Shown one piece after another: positions 19,647-30,324 of a DNA stretch of 64,000 bases. Location of the stretch: assembly GCA_038248895.1 (NCBI GenBank), contig JBBRWZ010000001.1, positions 7,760 through 71,759 of the forward strand, written 5' to 3'. Each line of letters opens with the position of its first letter. The first letter of the stretch is position 1. The notes beneath the pieces were generated by a model. The model ran no database searches. It saw nothing but the letters and a program-made list of their open reading frames with translations, and was not told where the DNA came from. The stretch is from Candidatus Limnocylindria bacterium (GTDB taxonomy: Bacteria; Chloroflexota; Limnocylindria; QHBO01). A program made the position numbers and the translations under genes.

Positions 19647-19725
19647 CTGGCCGGCCTTTCGTCTGCCGCTCCGGTGGTCGGACGCCCACGCGGGCGTCCG
19701 CATCGGTCCTGTGGCTGGGTGGGTC

Positions 19726-20994
19726 CTAGGGGTAGAGGCCTCGCAGCATGGTGGCCTCGGCGACGCGCGCCACCGCCACCATGTACGCGGCGGTCCGCAT
19801 GTCGACGCCGTGGCGCGTGCTCATCTCATGCACCGCGCCGAACGCCCGGTCCATGATCTCGCGCAGGCTCTCGTTGATCCGGTCCTCGGACCAGAAGAAG
19901 CTCTGCATGTCCTGCACCCACTCGAAGTAGCTCACCGTCACGCCGCCGGCGTTGCAGAGGATGTCGGGGATGAGGAAGACGCCGCGGTCGAAGAGGATCT
20001 CGTCCGCCTCCGGCGTGGTTGGGCCATTCGCCGCCTCGGCGACGACCTTGGCCTTGATGTTCGGCGCATTGTGACGGGTGATCTGGTTCTCGAGCGCGGC
20101 GGGGACGAGGATGTCGCAGTCGACCTCGAGGATCTCCCGGTTGCTGATATCCGTCGCGCGCGGGAAGCCGACGACGGTGCCGTGCTCCTGCTTCCAGGCG
20201 CCGACCCGCGCCGGATCGAGGCCGCCGGGGTCGTGGATCCCGCCGGTCGAGTCGCTGACCGCGACGATGCGCGCGCCCTCCGCGGCGAGCAGGGTGGCGG
20301 CGATGCTGCCGGCGTTGCCGTATCCCTGGATCGAGACCCGCGCGCCCTCGAGTGGCGTGCCCGCGGTGCGCGACCATTGTCGGAGCGTATACACCGCGCC
20401 GCGTGCGGTCGCCTCGTTGCGCCCGAGGGACCCGCCGATGGCGATCGGCTTGCCGGTGACGACGCCGGCGATCGTGTAACCGTTGTGCATGGAGTACGTG
20501 TCCATGATCCAGGCCATCGTCTGCGCGTTCGTGTTCACGTCCGGTGCCGGGATGTCACGGTCGGGGCCGATGAACGGGATGATCTCGGTGGTGAAGCGCC
20601 GCGTCAGTCCCTCAACCTCACGAATGGACAGCTTCTTGGGGTCAACGATGACGCCACCCTTGCCCCCGCCGTACGGGATGTTGACGACGGCGCATTTCCA
20701 GCTCATCCACATCGCCAGCGCGCGCACCTCGTCGATGCTGACATCCTGGTGGTACCGGATGCCGCCCTTCGCCGGACCGCGGCTGACATTGTGCTGGACG
20801 CGATAGCCGGTGAATACCCGGACGCTGCCGTCGTCCATCGTCACCGGGAAGTTGACCGTCAGCTCGCGCTGCGGGACGCGCAGGACGCGTCGCATGCCGT
20901 CGTCGAGGTCGAGTTTGTCGGCAGCGTGATCGAACTGCTGCTGGGCGACCGCCCAGATGTTCGGCGCCTCGGCGACGGGGTGTTTGCTGGCCAT
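19726..20994 (-). CDS. gdhA: Glutamate dehydrogenase (Glu/Leu/Phe/Val dehydrogenase family), copy 1
   Basis: 422 aa from the internal Met (MASKHP...). The catalytic-Lys GGGKGG region (PYGGGKGG) and a C-terminal Rossmann fold. A GGAGG Shine-Dalgarno sequence lies upstream of this Met. Confidence 0.9.
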   Translation of the reverse strand: MASKHPVAEAPNIWAVAQQQFDHAADKLDLDDGMRRVLRVPQRELTVNFPVTMDDGSVRVFTGYRVQHNVSRGPAKGGIRYHQDVSIDEVRALAMWMSWKCAVVNIPYGGGKGGVIVDPKKLSIREVEGLTRRFTTEIIPFIGPDRDIPAPDVNTNAQTMAWIMDTYSMHNGYTIAGVVTGKPIAIGGSLGRNEATARGAVYTLRQWSRTAGTPLEGARVSIQGYGNAGSIAATLLAAEGARIVAVSDSTGGIHDPGGLDPARVGAWKQEHGTVVGFPRATDISNREILEVDCDILVPAALENQITRHNAPNIKAKVVAEAANGPTTPEADEILFDRGVFLIPDILCNAGGVTVSYFEWVQDMQSFFWSEDRINESLREIMDRAFGAVHEMSTRHGVDMRTAAYMVAVARVAEATMLRGLYP

Positions 20995-21206
20995 GAGCCG
21001 CAGGTTGCCTCCAGTGATGCAGTCGACCCGACGCCTCTGCACGCCGTCTTGTCGTGATTCCAGGCGGAGGCGGGCCGGGTCGCGGACGGGATGGAATTCT
21101 AGCGCAGCGGAGCGATGCGTCACCCGTACCGATGGGCGGGCGACTTCCGGCGACGGCGCAGGACTCCAGCCGGGGGCGTGGCGCGAGGCGGGAGCCGGAT
21201 GGCGGC

Positions 21207-21250
21207 TAGCGCCGAGCCGCACGGCGCGTAGCACCGAGCCGCATGGCGCG
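21207..21250. repeat. Two tandem 22-nt direct repeats (TAGCGCCGAGCCGCACGGCGCG / TAGCACCGAGCCGCATGGCGCG) in the 384-nt gdhA upstream region
   Basis: 19 of 22 positions identical, immediately adjacent. Read directly from the sequence. Confidence 0.6.
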
Positions 21251-21305
21251 GCCCGACAACCGGTAGGCGGTTGAGCGCTTATTTGGTCACGCTCGCGCGT
21301 CGCGC

Positions 21306-21322
21306 CGGGGGTTGAACCCCCG
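21306..21322 (+). other. Perfect 7-bp stem / 3-nt loop hairpin (CGGGGGT-TGA-ACCCCCG) followed by TTT. A second, imperfect G-rich hairpin lies about 20 nt downstream.
   Basis: Read directly. Located between the thiolase stop and the gdhA start. Its role (terminator or attenuator) is unclear. Confidence 0.4.
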
Positions 21323-21378
21323 TTTGGCTGCCCACGCGTGACGGACCGGGGGTTCGATCCGGGCATGGTTGCCGGCAG

Positions 21379-22563
21379 CTACCCCGGCTGTACCAGCTCG
21401 ATCGCCATCGCCACCGCTCCCCCGCCGCCGAGGCACAGCGTTGCGAGCCCGGTCCGGCCACCGCGTGCGCGGAGGGCGTGGACGAGCGTCGTGAGCACGC
21501 GCGCTCCCGAGGCACCGATCGGGTGCCCCAGCGCGATGGCACCGCCGTTGACGTTGACGCGATCCCAGTCGAAGCCGAGCTCGTTGCCGTCGGCGAGCAC
21601 CTGCGCCGCGAACGCCTCGTTAATCTCGACGAGATCGAAGTCGGCGACGCTGCCGCCGACCTTCTCGACCAGGCGGCGCACGCCGTGGATCGGCGCCTCG
21701 AACAGCCACTCCGGCGCGACGTCCGCCTGGGCATACCCGGTGATACGCGCCAGCGGTGTCGCGCCGTCCAGCGCGTCGCCGGCGGCAATGACGAGCGCGG
21801 CTGCGCCATCGGTGATACCCGGCGCATTCCCGGCGGTCACGGTTCCGCCATCGGGCTGGAACGCCGGCCGCAGCTTCGCGAGCGCCTCCGCCGAGGTGTC
21901 GCGTCGCGGATTCTCGTCGACGCTCACCGTCTCGGGGCCCTTGCGGCCCGCGACCGAGACCGGGACGATCTCGGCGTCGAAGGCGCCGCTGTCGATCGCC
22001 GCAGCCGCCCGCTCGTGGGAGCGGAGCGCGAATGCGTCCTGCGCCTCACGGGTGATGTCGTGCTTCGCCGCCACGCGCTCCGCATGCAGCCCCATGTGCA
22101 CGTCGCATGACGAGCACCAGAGGCCGTCGTGAACGGTGCTATCGACCACGGTCTGGTTTCCCAGCCGGTAGCCGGCTCGCGCCCCCGGCAGCAGGTACGG
22201 GCCCAGGTTCATGTTCTCCATCCCGCCGGCCACGATCACGTCCGCGTCGCCGGCACGAATGGCGGCCGCCCCGAGCATCACCGCCTTCAGGCCCGAGCCG
22301 CAGACCTTGTTGATCGTCGTCGCGCTGACGCCGTCGGGCAGCCCGCCCTGGAGCGCTGCCTGGCGTGCGGGCGCCTGACCCGCGCCGGCCTGGATGACCT
22401 GCCCCATGATCGCCTCATCGACCCGGGCGGGATCGATGCCGGCGCGCTCGACGGCAGCACGGATGGCGGTCGCCCCCAGGGCGGTGGCGGGAGTCGTGGA
22501 GAGGCCGCCGCCGAACTTGCCGATGGGCGTCCTGGCGGCGGAGAGGATGAAAACGTCACGCAT
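21379..22563 (-). CDS. Acetyl-CoA C-acetyltransferase (thiolase II)
   Basis: 394 aa from the internal Met (MRDVFILSAARTPIGKF...). The active-site Cys region (NKVCGSGLKAV) and C-terminal thiolase motifs (GGGGAVAMAIE). Confidence 0.9.
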   Translation of the reverse strand: MRDVFILSAARTPIGKFGGGLSTTPATALGATAIRAAVERAGIDPARVDEAIMGQVIQAGAGQAPARQAALQGGLPDGVSATTINKVCGSGLKAVMLGAAAIRAGDADVIVAGGMENMNLGPYLLPGARAGYRLGNQTVVDSTVHDGLWCSSCDVHMGLHAERVAAKHDITREAQDAFALRSHERAAAAIDSGAFDAEIVPVSVAGRKGPETVSVDENPRRDTSAEALAKLRPAFQPDGGTVTAGNAPGITDGAAALVIAAGDALDGATPLARITGYAQADVAPEWLFEAPIHGVRRLVEKVGGSVADFDLVEINEAFAAQVLADGNELGFDWDRVNVNGGAIALGHPIGASGARVLTTLVHALRARGGRTGLATLCLGGGGAVAMAIELVQPG

Positions 22564-22586
22564 CGGTCCATGGTAGCCCGCTTGCC

Positions 22587-22606
22587 ATATGCCGATATCG
22601 GTATAT
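22587..22606. promoter_or_regulatory. 20-bp near-perfect palindrome ATATGCCGATATCGGTATAT in the thiolase/arsR divergent intergenic region. Putative ArsR-family operator.
   Basis: Perfect 10-bp core CCGATATCGG with AT-rich flanks, in a 73% GC genome. It overlaps the first in-frame ATG of the arsR ORF and lies about 10-30 nt upstream of the likely arsR start. Confidence 0.6.
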
Positions 22607-22615
22607 GTTGCGCAC

Positions 22616-22942
22616 ATGGCGCGAACAGCGACGACGAGCGACGCGTTCAACGCGGTGGCGGAGCCGCGGCGGCGCGAGATCATCGATCTCCTCGCCGGCG
22701 GTGAGCGAGCGGTGAACGGCATCGTCGCCGCACTCGGGCTTGCGCAGCCGCAGGTGTCGAAGCACCTCCGGGTCCTCCGCGAGGTCGGTCTCGTGGCGGT
22801 GCGCGACGAGGGACGGCAGCGGCTGTATCGGCTCGAGGGCCGGTCGCTGAAGCCGATCCACGATTGGGTGAAGGCCCACGAGCGTGCCTGGGAGGCTCGG
22901 TTCGGGGCCCTGGACGAGGTCCTCGATAACCTCGGACGCTAG
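22616..22942 (+). CDS. ArsR/SmtB family transcriptional regulator
   Basis: Winged-HTH with the ArsR-type recognition helix (LGLAQPQVSKHLRVLREVGLV). 109 aa from the second Met. The first ATG at 22589 lies inside the palindrome. Confidence 0.8.
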   Translation: MARTATTSDAFNAVAEPRRREIIDLLAGGERAVNGIVAALGLAQPQVSKHLRVLREVGLVAVRDEGRQRLYRLEGRSLKPIHDWVKAHERAWEARFGALDEVLDNLGR

Positions 22943-22989
22943 GAGTGATGACGACCATGGCGACCACGACCCAGGGCAGCGCGACCGTG

Positions 22990-23280
22990 ACGCTGCAGGT
23001 GCCTCGCACGTTCGAAATATCGACCGATGTGCGCGGGAAATCCCCGGTGCGAGCGGTTCGTTCGAAATATCGGTCAGGTGCGCGCACGAGCGCCGCGCGT
23101 CGGTGGGGCTCACGCACGCTGGCGTTCGAAATATCGGCCAAACCGCGCGCCTCGGTGGGCTCGCGCACGAATCGGGCGATATATCGAACGGGCGGCGGGC
23201 GGCGGGCGACGCAACGGCGGCGGCGGGCGGCGGGCGACGGAACGGCGGCGGCGAGCGGTGGGCGACGGCGGCGGCCAATC
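22990..23280 (+). repeat. Repeat element, copy A. Four TTCGAAATATCG-type boxes at 23011, 23061, 23125, and 23177 (the last in inverted CGATATATCGAA form), followed by a GC-rich tandem-repeat tail (GGCGGGCGACGnAACGGCGGC x2).
   Basis: AT-rich 12-mers stand out against the GC background. Box spacing is 50/64/52 nt. Homologous to copy B at 35690-35960. Confidence 0.75.
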
Positions 23281-23297
23281 CTCGCCCGCACATCGGT

Positions 23298-25256
<1,959 letters not shown>

Positions 25257-25281
25257 GATGGGCGGCGCCTCCTCGGGGCTG

Positions 25282-26463
25282 TCAGGATGACCGTCTGGCC
25301 TCGTCGATCAGGTGCTGGGCAATGATGAGCCGATGGATCTGGTTCGTGCCCTCGTAGATCTGCGCTCCCTTTGCGTCGCGCATGAAGCGCTCGACCGGGT
25401 TGTCGCGGCTGTAGCCGGCGCCTCCGTAGACCTGGACCGCATCGGTCGTGACGCGCATGGCGGTATCGGAGGCGATCCACTTCGCCATGCTGCTGGCGGC
25501 GTTGATCGGCTGGCCCGCGTCGCGCAGCCGCGCCGCCCGATGCGTGAGGAGGCGCGCCGCCTCGACGCCGGCCGCCATCTCGGCGAGCAGCGCCTGGATC
25601 ATCTCCTGGTCGGCGATCGGGCGGCCGAACTGCTTGCGATCCGCCGCGTAGCGCACCGCGTGCTCGAGCGCCGCTCGCCCGAGGCCGACGCAGCAGGCGG
25701 CGATCCCGATCCTCCCCGCCCCGAGCGCGCTGAGCGCAACCTTGAGCCCCTGCCCCTCGTTCCCGAGCCGATTCGCGGCCGGGACCCGCGCCCCCTCGAA
25801 CACGAGCTCGGCGCTGACCGTGTCGCGGATACCCATCTTCCGCTCGTGGCCGGCGACCCGGAATCCGGGTGTGTCGCGCTCGACGACAAAGGCGGTGATG
25901 CCGTCGCGACCCTGTGCGCGGTCGAGCGTCGCGAACGTGACCGTCACTTCGGCGTCGGCGCCGTTCGTGATCCAGATCTTCGTCCCGTCGAGAAGGTAAT
26001 CGTCGCCATCGCGCCGCGCGGCGAGCGACAGCGCCGCGGCGTCGGAGCCGGCGCCCGGCTCGGTCAATGCAAAGGCGCCGAGCCACTCCCCGGAGGTCAT
26101 GCGCGGGAGGTATCGGTCCTTCTGCTCGGTCGTCCCGAACGAGAGGATCGGCAGCTGCGCCAGCGCGTGGACGGATAGCGACACCGCCATGCCCATGTCG
26201 GCGGCGGCCACTTCCTCGAGCGCCACGGCCCAAGCGAGGGTGCCCATCCCCGCGCCGCCATGCTCCTCGGGATACTGCAGCCCGGCGAGACCGATCTCCG
26301 CCATGCCGTCGAAGAGGGAGCGGTCGTAGCGCTCGGCCTCGTCACGCTCGGCCGCGGTGGGCGCGAGGTGATCGCGCGCGAAGGCGCGAACCGTGTCGCG
26401 GACACCCCGCTCCTCCTCGGTCAGGCCGAACGGATCGCGGGACGCGCCGCCGGAGGCCATCAC
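25282..26463 (-). CDS. Acyl-CoA dehydrogenase (short/medium-chain type)
   Basis: 393 aa. ACAD N/M/C domains and a conserved C-terminal catalytic region (YEGTNQIHRLIIA). Confidence 0.85.
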   Translation of the reverse strand: MMASGGASRDPFGLTEEERGVRDTVRAFARDHLAPTAAERDEAERYDRSLFDGMAEIGLAGLQYPEEHGGAGMGTLAWAVALEEVAAADMGMAVSLSVHALAQLPILSFGTTEQKDRYLPRMTSGEWLGAFALTEPGAGSDAAALSLAARRDGDDYLLDGTKIWITNGADAEVTVTFATLDRAQGRDGITAFVVERDTPGFRVAGHERKMGIRDTVSAELVFEGARVPAANRLGNEGQGLKVALSALGAGRIGIAACCVGLGRAALEHAVRYAADRKQFGRPIADQEMIQALLAEMAAGVEAARLLTHRAARLRDAGQPINAASSMAKWIASDTAMRVTTDAVQVYGGAGYSRDNPVERFMRDAKGAQIYEGTNQIHRLIIAQHLIDEARRSS

Positions 26464-27332
26464 TCGACCCGGGTTCCCTTTTCGTCGTAGCGGTAGAAGC
26501 CGCGCCCCGTCTTCCGCCCAAGGTGGCCGGCGGCGACCATCTGCCGCAGCAGCGGCGCGGCGCGGAATTTCGGGTCGCCGAAACCGCGATACAGGACGTC
26601 CATCACGCCGAGCATGACGTCGTTACCGATGAAATCGGAGAGCTGCAGCGGACCCATCGGGTGGTTGAGACCGAGGCGCGCGCCGACATCGATGTCGTCG
26701 GCCGTCCCCGTCGACTCCATCAGCGCGAAGACCGCCTCGTTGATGAACGGGCCGAGCATCCGGTTGACGAGGAAGCCGGGCATGTCCTTCGACTCGATCA
26801 CGGTCTTGCCGAGGTCCGTCGCGAACTCGTGGCAGGCGTTGTACGTCGCGTCATCGGTCTCGAGGCCGCGGATGATCTCGACGAGGCCCATCACCGGGAC
26901 CGGCGAGAAGAAGTGCAGACCGATGAAGCGCGGGGCGCGATCGGTCGCCGTCGCGAGACCGGTGATGCTGATGCTGCTGGTGTTGCTGGCGAAGATCGTG
27001 TCCGGATCGGCGGCGTCCGTCACCGCGGCCCACGTCTCGCGCTTCAGCTGCTCGTCTTCGAAGACCGCCTCGATGACGAGGTCGTGGCCACCGACCCCGG
27101 CGGTGCCGACCGCGGCGGTGACGCGTCCGGCGATCTCATCGGCCGCCGCCTGCGCGAGCCGTCCCTTCTCCACCTGGCGCGCCAGGTTGGCGGTGATGCG
27201 CGCACGCCCCTTCTCGGCCAGCTCGACGGTGCGGTCCGCGAGTGTCACCTGCCTGCCGGCGCCGGCGCTGACCTGCGCGATGCCATGGCCCATCAGGCCG
27301 GCACCGATGACGTAGACACGATGGATGCTCAT
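26460..27332 (-). CDS. 3-hydroxyacyl-CoA / 3-hydroxybutyryl-CoA dehydrogenase
   Basis: 290 aa from the internal Met (MSIHRVYVIGAGLMGHGIAQV Rossmann motif), with a C-terminal 3HCDH domain. ATGA overlap with the ACAD gene. Confidence 0.85.
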   Translation of the reverse strand: MSIHRVYVIGAGLMGHGIAQVSAGAGRQVTLADRTVELAEKGRARITANLARQVEKGRLAQAAADEIAGRVTAAVGTAGVGGHDLVIEAVFEDEQLKRETWAAVTDAADPDTIFASNTSSISITGLATATDRAPRFIGLHFFSPVPVMGLVEIIRGLETDDATYNACHEFATDLGKTVIESKDMPGFLVNRMLGPFINEAVFALMESTGTADDIDVGARLGLNHPMGPLQLSDFIGNDVMLGVMDVLYRGFGDPKFRAAPLLRQMVAAGHLGRKTGRGFYRYDEKGTRVE

Positions 27333-27633
27333 CAGTCCGTGCAGGGTACCAGCGCCGGTCGCGGTGAAGCGCGGCGAGGCCACCGCCACGCGCCGGGGAT
27401 TGCCAGTTTCCCGGCATTGGCTGCAGCTCGGTGGTTGTGCCTTCGGGCGGTGGTCCGGTGCTCACGCGGGGGGTGGCCCATGCGCGGGCGGGAACCCCTC
27501 ATGAATCGCGGAGTTGACGCCCGCGGACGGCGCCGGGCGACGCATCGGCGACTGATCGGTGCGCGTGGCGCCTGCGGCGAGGTCAGCATATTCTCAGGCG
27601 TCAGCCACACCGATGAACCGGCGCCACGTGGCC

Positions 27634-28620
27634 TCACCCGCTCCCCGGGCGTCCATCCGGCGATGAATCGGGGGCCGGAGCGGGGGCAGGGGCGGGGGCG
27701 GCGTCCGTCTGCGCCTCGGGGGTGAGGCGCTCGGCGGCGGTCAGCGGGTCGAGGGTGCGGTCCGCGACAGCGTCGACGGTCTCCTCCCAGCGCGGGTCAT
27801 CTGCGGCACGGCGCGCGGCGAGGTCGGCGAGGGCACGACGCACCTGGTGGCGGGCGCGCTCCTGGGCGGCGGCGAGCGACCGTGCCACGGACCGGTGGGC
27901 GTCGACCGCGTCGGCGAGAGCGGCGATGCCCTCGCCGGAGGTCGCCGTGGTGACGAGGACCGGCGGCGGGGTTCGCGTCACGCGGCCACCGGCACTGGAG
28001 AGCATCGCGCGCAGCTGGCGCGCGGCACGGTCCGCCCCGGGCCGATCGCCCTTGTTGACGACGACGAGATCCGCCACCTCGAGGAGGCCGGCCTTGATCG
28101 CCTGCACCTCGTCCCCCGTCTCGGGCACCTCCACGACCACGGTCGTCTCGGCGACGCGCGCCACCTCGATCTCCGACTGCCCGGCGCCGACGGTCTCGAC
28201 CAGGATCGGGTCGAAGCCAGCCGCATCGAGGGCGGCGGCGGCGATCCAGGTCGTGGCGGCCAGCCCGCCGAGCTCACCGCGCGAGGCCATGGAGCGCATG
28301 AAGACATCCGCGTCGGCGGCGTGCTCCATCATCCGGATCCGATCCCCCAGGATGGCGCCCCCGGTGTAGGGCGAGCTGGGATCCACCGCCAGCACGCCCA
28401 CCCGACGGCCCCGACGTCGCCACTCACCGATGATCGCGCTGACGAGTGTCGACTTGCCGCTGCCGGGCGGCCCGGTGATGCCCACCACATGCCCACCGTG
28501 GCCGGCCGCGAACAGGGCCGGCAGCTCCGGACGCAGCGTCGGATCGCCGCGCTCGATGCGCGTCAGGAGCTGCGCGAGCGGCCGGCGCCCCCCCGTCGCG
28601 AGCTCGTCGAACGCGCTCAC
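27634..28620 (-). CDS. meaB: Methylmalonyl-CoA mutase-associated GTPase MeaB/ArgK
   Basis: P-loop [12 protein letters not shown], an NKxD-like VVNKGD, and the MeaB-specific switch regions. 328 aa. Confidence 0.85.
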   Translation of the reverse strand: MSAFDELATGGRRPLAQLLTRIERGDPTLRPELPALFAAGHGGHVVGITGPPGSGKSTLVSAIIGEWRRRGRRVGVLAVDPSSPYTGGAILGDRIRMMEHAADADVFMRSMASRGELGGLAATTWIAAAALDAAGFDPILVETVGAGQSEIEVARVAETTVVVEVPETGDEVQAIKAGLLEVADLVVVNKGDRPGADRAARQLRAMLSSAGGRVTRTPPPVLVTTATSGEGIAALADAVDAHRSVARSLAAAQERARHQVRRALADLAARRAADDPRWEETVDAVADRTLDPLTAAERLTPEAQTDAAPAPAPAPAPDSSPDGRPGSG

Positions 28621-29021
28621 GCCTCGCGGCGGGCGTGCTCGCGGAAGTAGCGGGCGATCTGGCCGATGCTCGTCCCCGGACCGAAGATCTCAGCGACGCC
28701 GGCATCCTTGAGCTTGGCGATGTCGACATCGGGGATGATCCCGCCGGCGGCGACGAGGACGTCGTCCATCCCCCGCGCGCGCAACAGCTCGACCGTCCGC
28801 GGCAGCAGCGCCATGTGCGCGCCCGAGAGGATCGAGAGGCCGACGACATCGACGTCCTCCTGCTCCGCGGCATCGGCGATCATCTCCGGCGTCTGGCGCA
28901 GGCCGGTGTAGATCACCTCGAATCCCTCGTCACGCAGGCCGCGGGCGAGCACCTTCGCCCCGCGGTCGTGGCCGTCGAGGCCGGGCTTGGCGATCAGGAC
29001 GCGGATGGGCGTATCGGGCAT
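28617..29021 (-). CDS. Cobalamin-binding mutase small subunit (methylmalonyl/isobutyryl-CoA mutase C-terminal B12 domain)
   Basis: 134 aa with the DxHxxG B12-binding motif ([10 protein letters not shown]). ATGA overlap with meaB. Confidence 0.85.
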   Translation of the reverse strand: MPDTPIRVLIAKPGLDGHDRGAKVLARGLRDEGFEVIYTGLRQTPEMIADAAEQEDVDVVGLSILSGAHMALLPRTVELLRARGMDDVLVAAGGIIPDVDIAKLKDAGVAEIFGPGTSIGQIARYFREHARREA

Positions 29022-29057
29022 CAGGGCGATTCTATCGGTCCATCAGGAGGCGATCCA

Positions 29058-29648
29058 TCAGGAGGCCACGAACGCCTTGCCGATGAGGCCCATGAACTCG
29101 CCGCGCGTCCGGGCATCGCGGCGGAACGTGCCCAGCATCGAGCTGGTGACCATGGTGGCACCGTGTTTCCGCACCCCGCGCATCAGCGTGCACAGGTGCG
29201 ATGCCTCGACGACGCAGGCCACCCCCTTGGGCGCCAGCCGCTCCATGAGGTAGTCCGCCACCTCGACGGTCAGCCGCTCCTGCACCTGGAGCCGATGCGC
29301 GTACATGTCGACGATGCGCGGGATCTTCGAGAGACCGACCACCCGGCCGCGCGGCAGGTAGCCGACGTGAACACGACCGTGGAAGGGCAGGAGATGGTGC
29401 TCGCAGAGGCTGTAGAACTCGATGTCACGCACCACGACCATCTCGTCGTAGTCGACCTCGAACGTGGCGCCGTTGATGAGGGCATCCGGATCAGTCCGGT
29501 AGCCGTCGGTGAGCTCCGCATACATGCGCCGCACCCGCTCCGGGGTGCGCATCAGCCCCTCGCGGGTCGGGTCCTCGCCGATCTCCGCGAGCAGCGTGCG
29601 GACGGCGACCTCGAGGTCGGTGCCGGGGGCGCTCTTGGCATCGCTCAT
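29058..29648 (-). CDS. folE: GTP cyclohydrolase I
   Basis: 196 aa from the internal Met. Catalytic motifs CEHHLLPF and the Cys/His zinc ligands. Confidence 0.9.
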   Translation of the reverse strand: MSDAKSAPGTDLEVAVRTLLAEIGEDPTREGLMRTPERVRRMYAELTDGYRTDPDALINGATFEVDYDEMVVVRDIEFYSLCEHHLLPFHGRVHVGYLPRGRVVGLSKIPRIVDMYAHRLQVQERLTVEVADYLMERLAPKGVACVVEASHLCTLMRGVRKHGATMVTSSMLGTFRRDARTRGEFMGLIGKAFVAS

Positions 29649-29721
29649 GGGGGACGATGGTACCAGCGCATCGGGGCCGCAAGGCATATCGGCCAGCCAC
29701 GGCGTCGCGGTACACTCGCAT

Positions 29722-30324
29722 GTGACCGGACGCACCACTTCGGGGGCCACCTGGCTCGTGATCATCCATCCTCCCCTGCATCACCGTCGCTCCCTCGGCC
29801 GATCTGCGCTGAGCGCCCTCACCGGCGATCCCGTCGCGCGCGGGCTGGGACGGCGTCTCGACGACGGCCACCACTACCTGAGTGGCGTGATGTGCGGTGG
29901 CGCCCCCATCGACGCCGTCGTGGTCGGCAGCGGCGGCACCTGGGCCATCACCATCGGCGGCGAGAGCGGCCGCTTCCGCAAGCGCAACGGTCACTGGTAC
30001 CGATGGCACAGCGGCAACGATTCCTGGGTGCCGTGGGTCGCGCGTCCCATCGATGCTGCTCGGCTGGCTGGCCACCGGCTCAGCATCGTCCTGGAGGGAG
30101 CGGGGCTGCCGAGCGCCGTCGAGCCGTGTCTCCTCGCCGGCCATGGGACATCGGTCGAGTGGGAGCGCGACCAGCGCCCCGGCGTCCGCGTGCAGGCGGA
30201 TCCGGAGCAGCTGGCGGCGCGTATCGGACGGGACGAGGTGCTCAGCCCGTCGCAGGTGGACCGGATTGTCTCGTTGCTGGATCCGCGCCAGCCGCTCCAG
30301 CGTCTCGCCCCCGAGCCGCGCTGA
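29722..30324 (+). CDS. NERD (nuclease-related domain) protein, putative. GTG start inferred. The 3' end overlaps the convergent PAP2 gene by about 83 nt.
   Basis: The pattern IDAVVVGSGGTWAITIGGESG resembles the NERD core (D-hhhh-G--G-hhhE-K). No ATG is available, so the start is uncertain. Confidence 0.4.
   Translation: MTGRTTSGATWLVIIHPPLHHRRSLGRSALSALTGDPVARGLGRRLDDGHHYLSGVMCGGAPIDAVVVGSGGTWAITIGGESGRFRKRNGHWYRWHSGNDSWVPWVARPIDAARLAGHRLSIVLEGAGLPSAVEPCLLAGHGTSVEWERDQRPGVRVQADPEQLAARIGRDEVLSPSQVDRIVSLLDPRQPLQRLAPEPR

Noticed and set aside
21300-21370. tRNA-like T-arm strings (GGGGGTTGAACCCCC, GGGGGTTCGATCCGGG) suggesting a tRNA or tRNA remnant upstream of gdhA
   Set aside because: The loops are 3-6 nt rather than the 7-nt T-loop. 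No acceptor, D, or anticodon arms can be drawn, and there is no CCA context. I treat them as plain hairpins.
22990-23280. CRISPR array as an explanation for the regularly spaced repeats
   Set aside because: The boxes are 12-14 nt, AT-rich, and partly palindromic, and they are spaced 50-65 nt. There are no 28-37-nt identical direct repeats and no cas genes. This is not CRISPR.
27333-27633. 300-nt gap between meaB and hbd as a riboswitch or B12 element
   Set aside because: I could not find B12-box-like (AGYCMGGAAG-type) or other conserved riboswitch cores by eye, only GC-rich sequence with short repeats. This is probably an ordinary promoter region for the beta-oxidation block.
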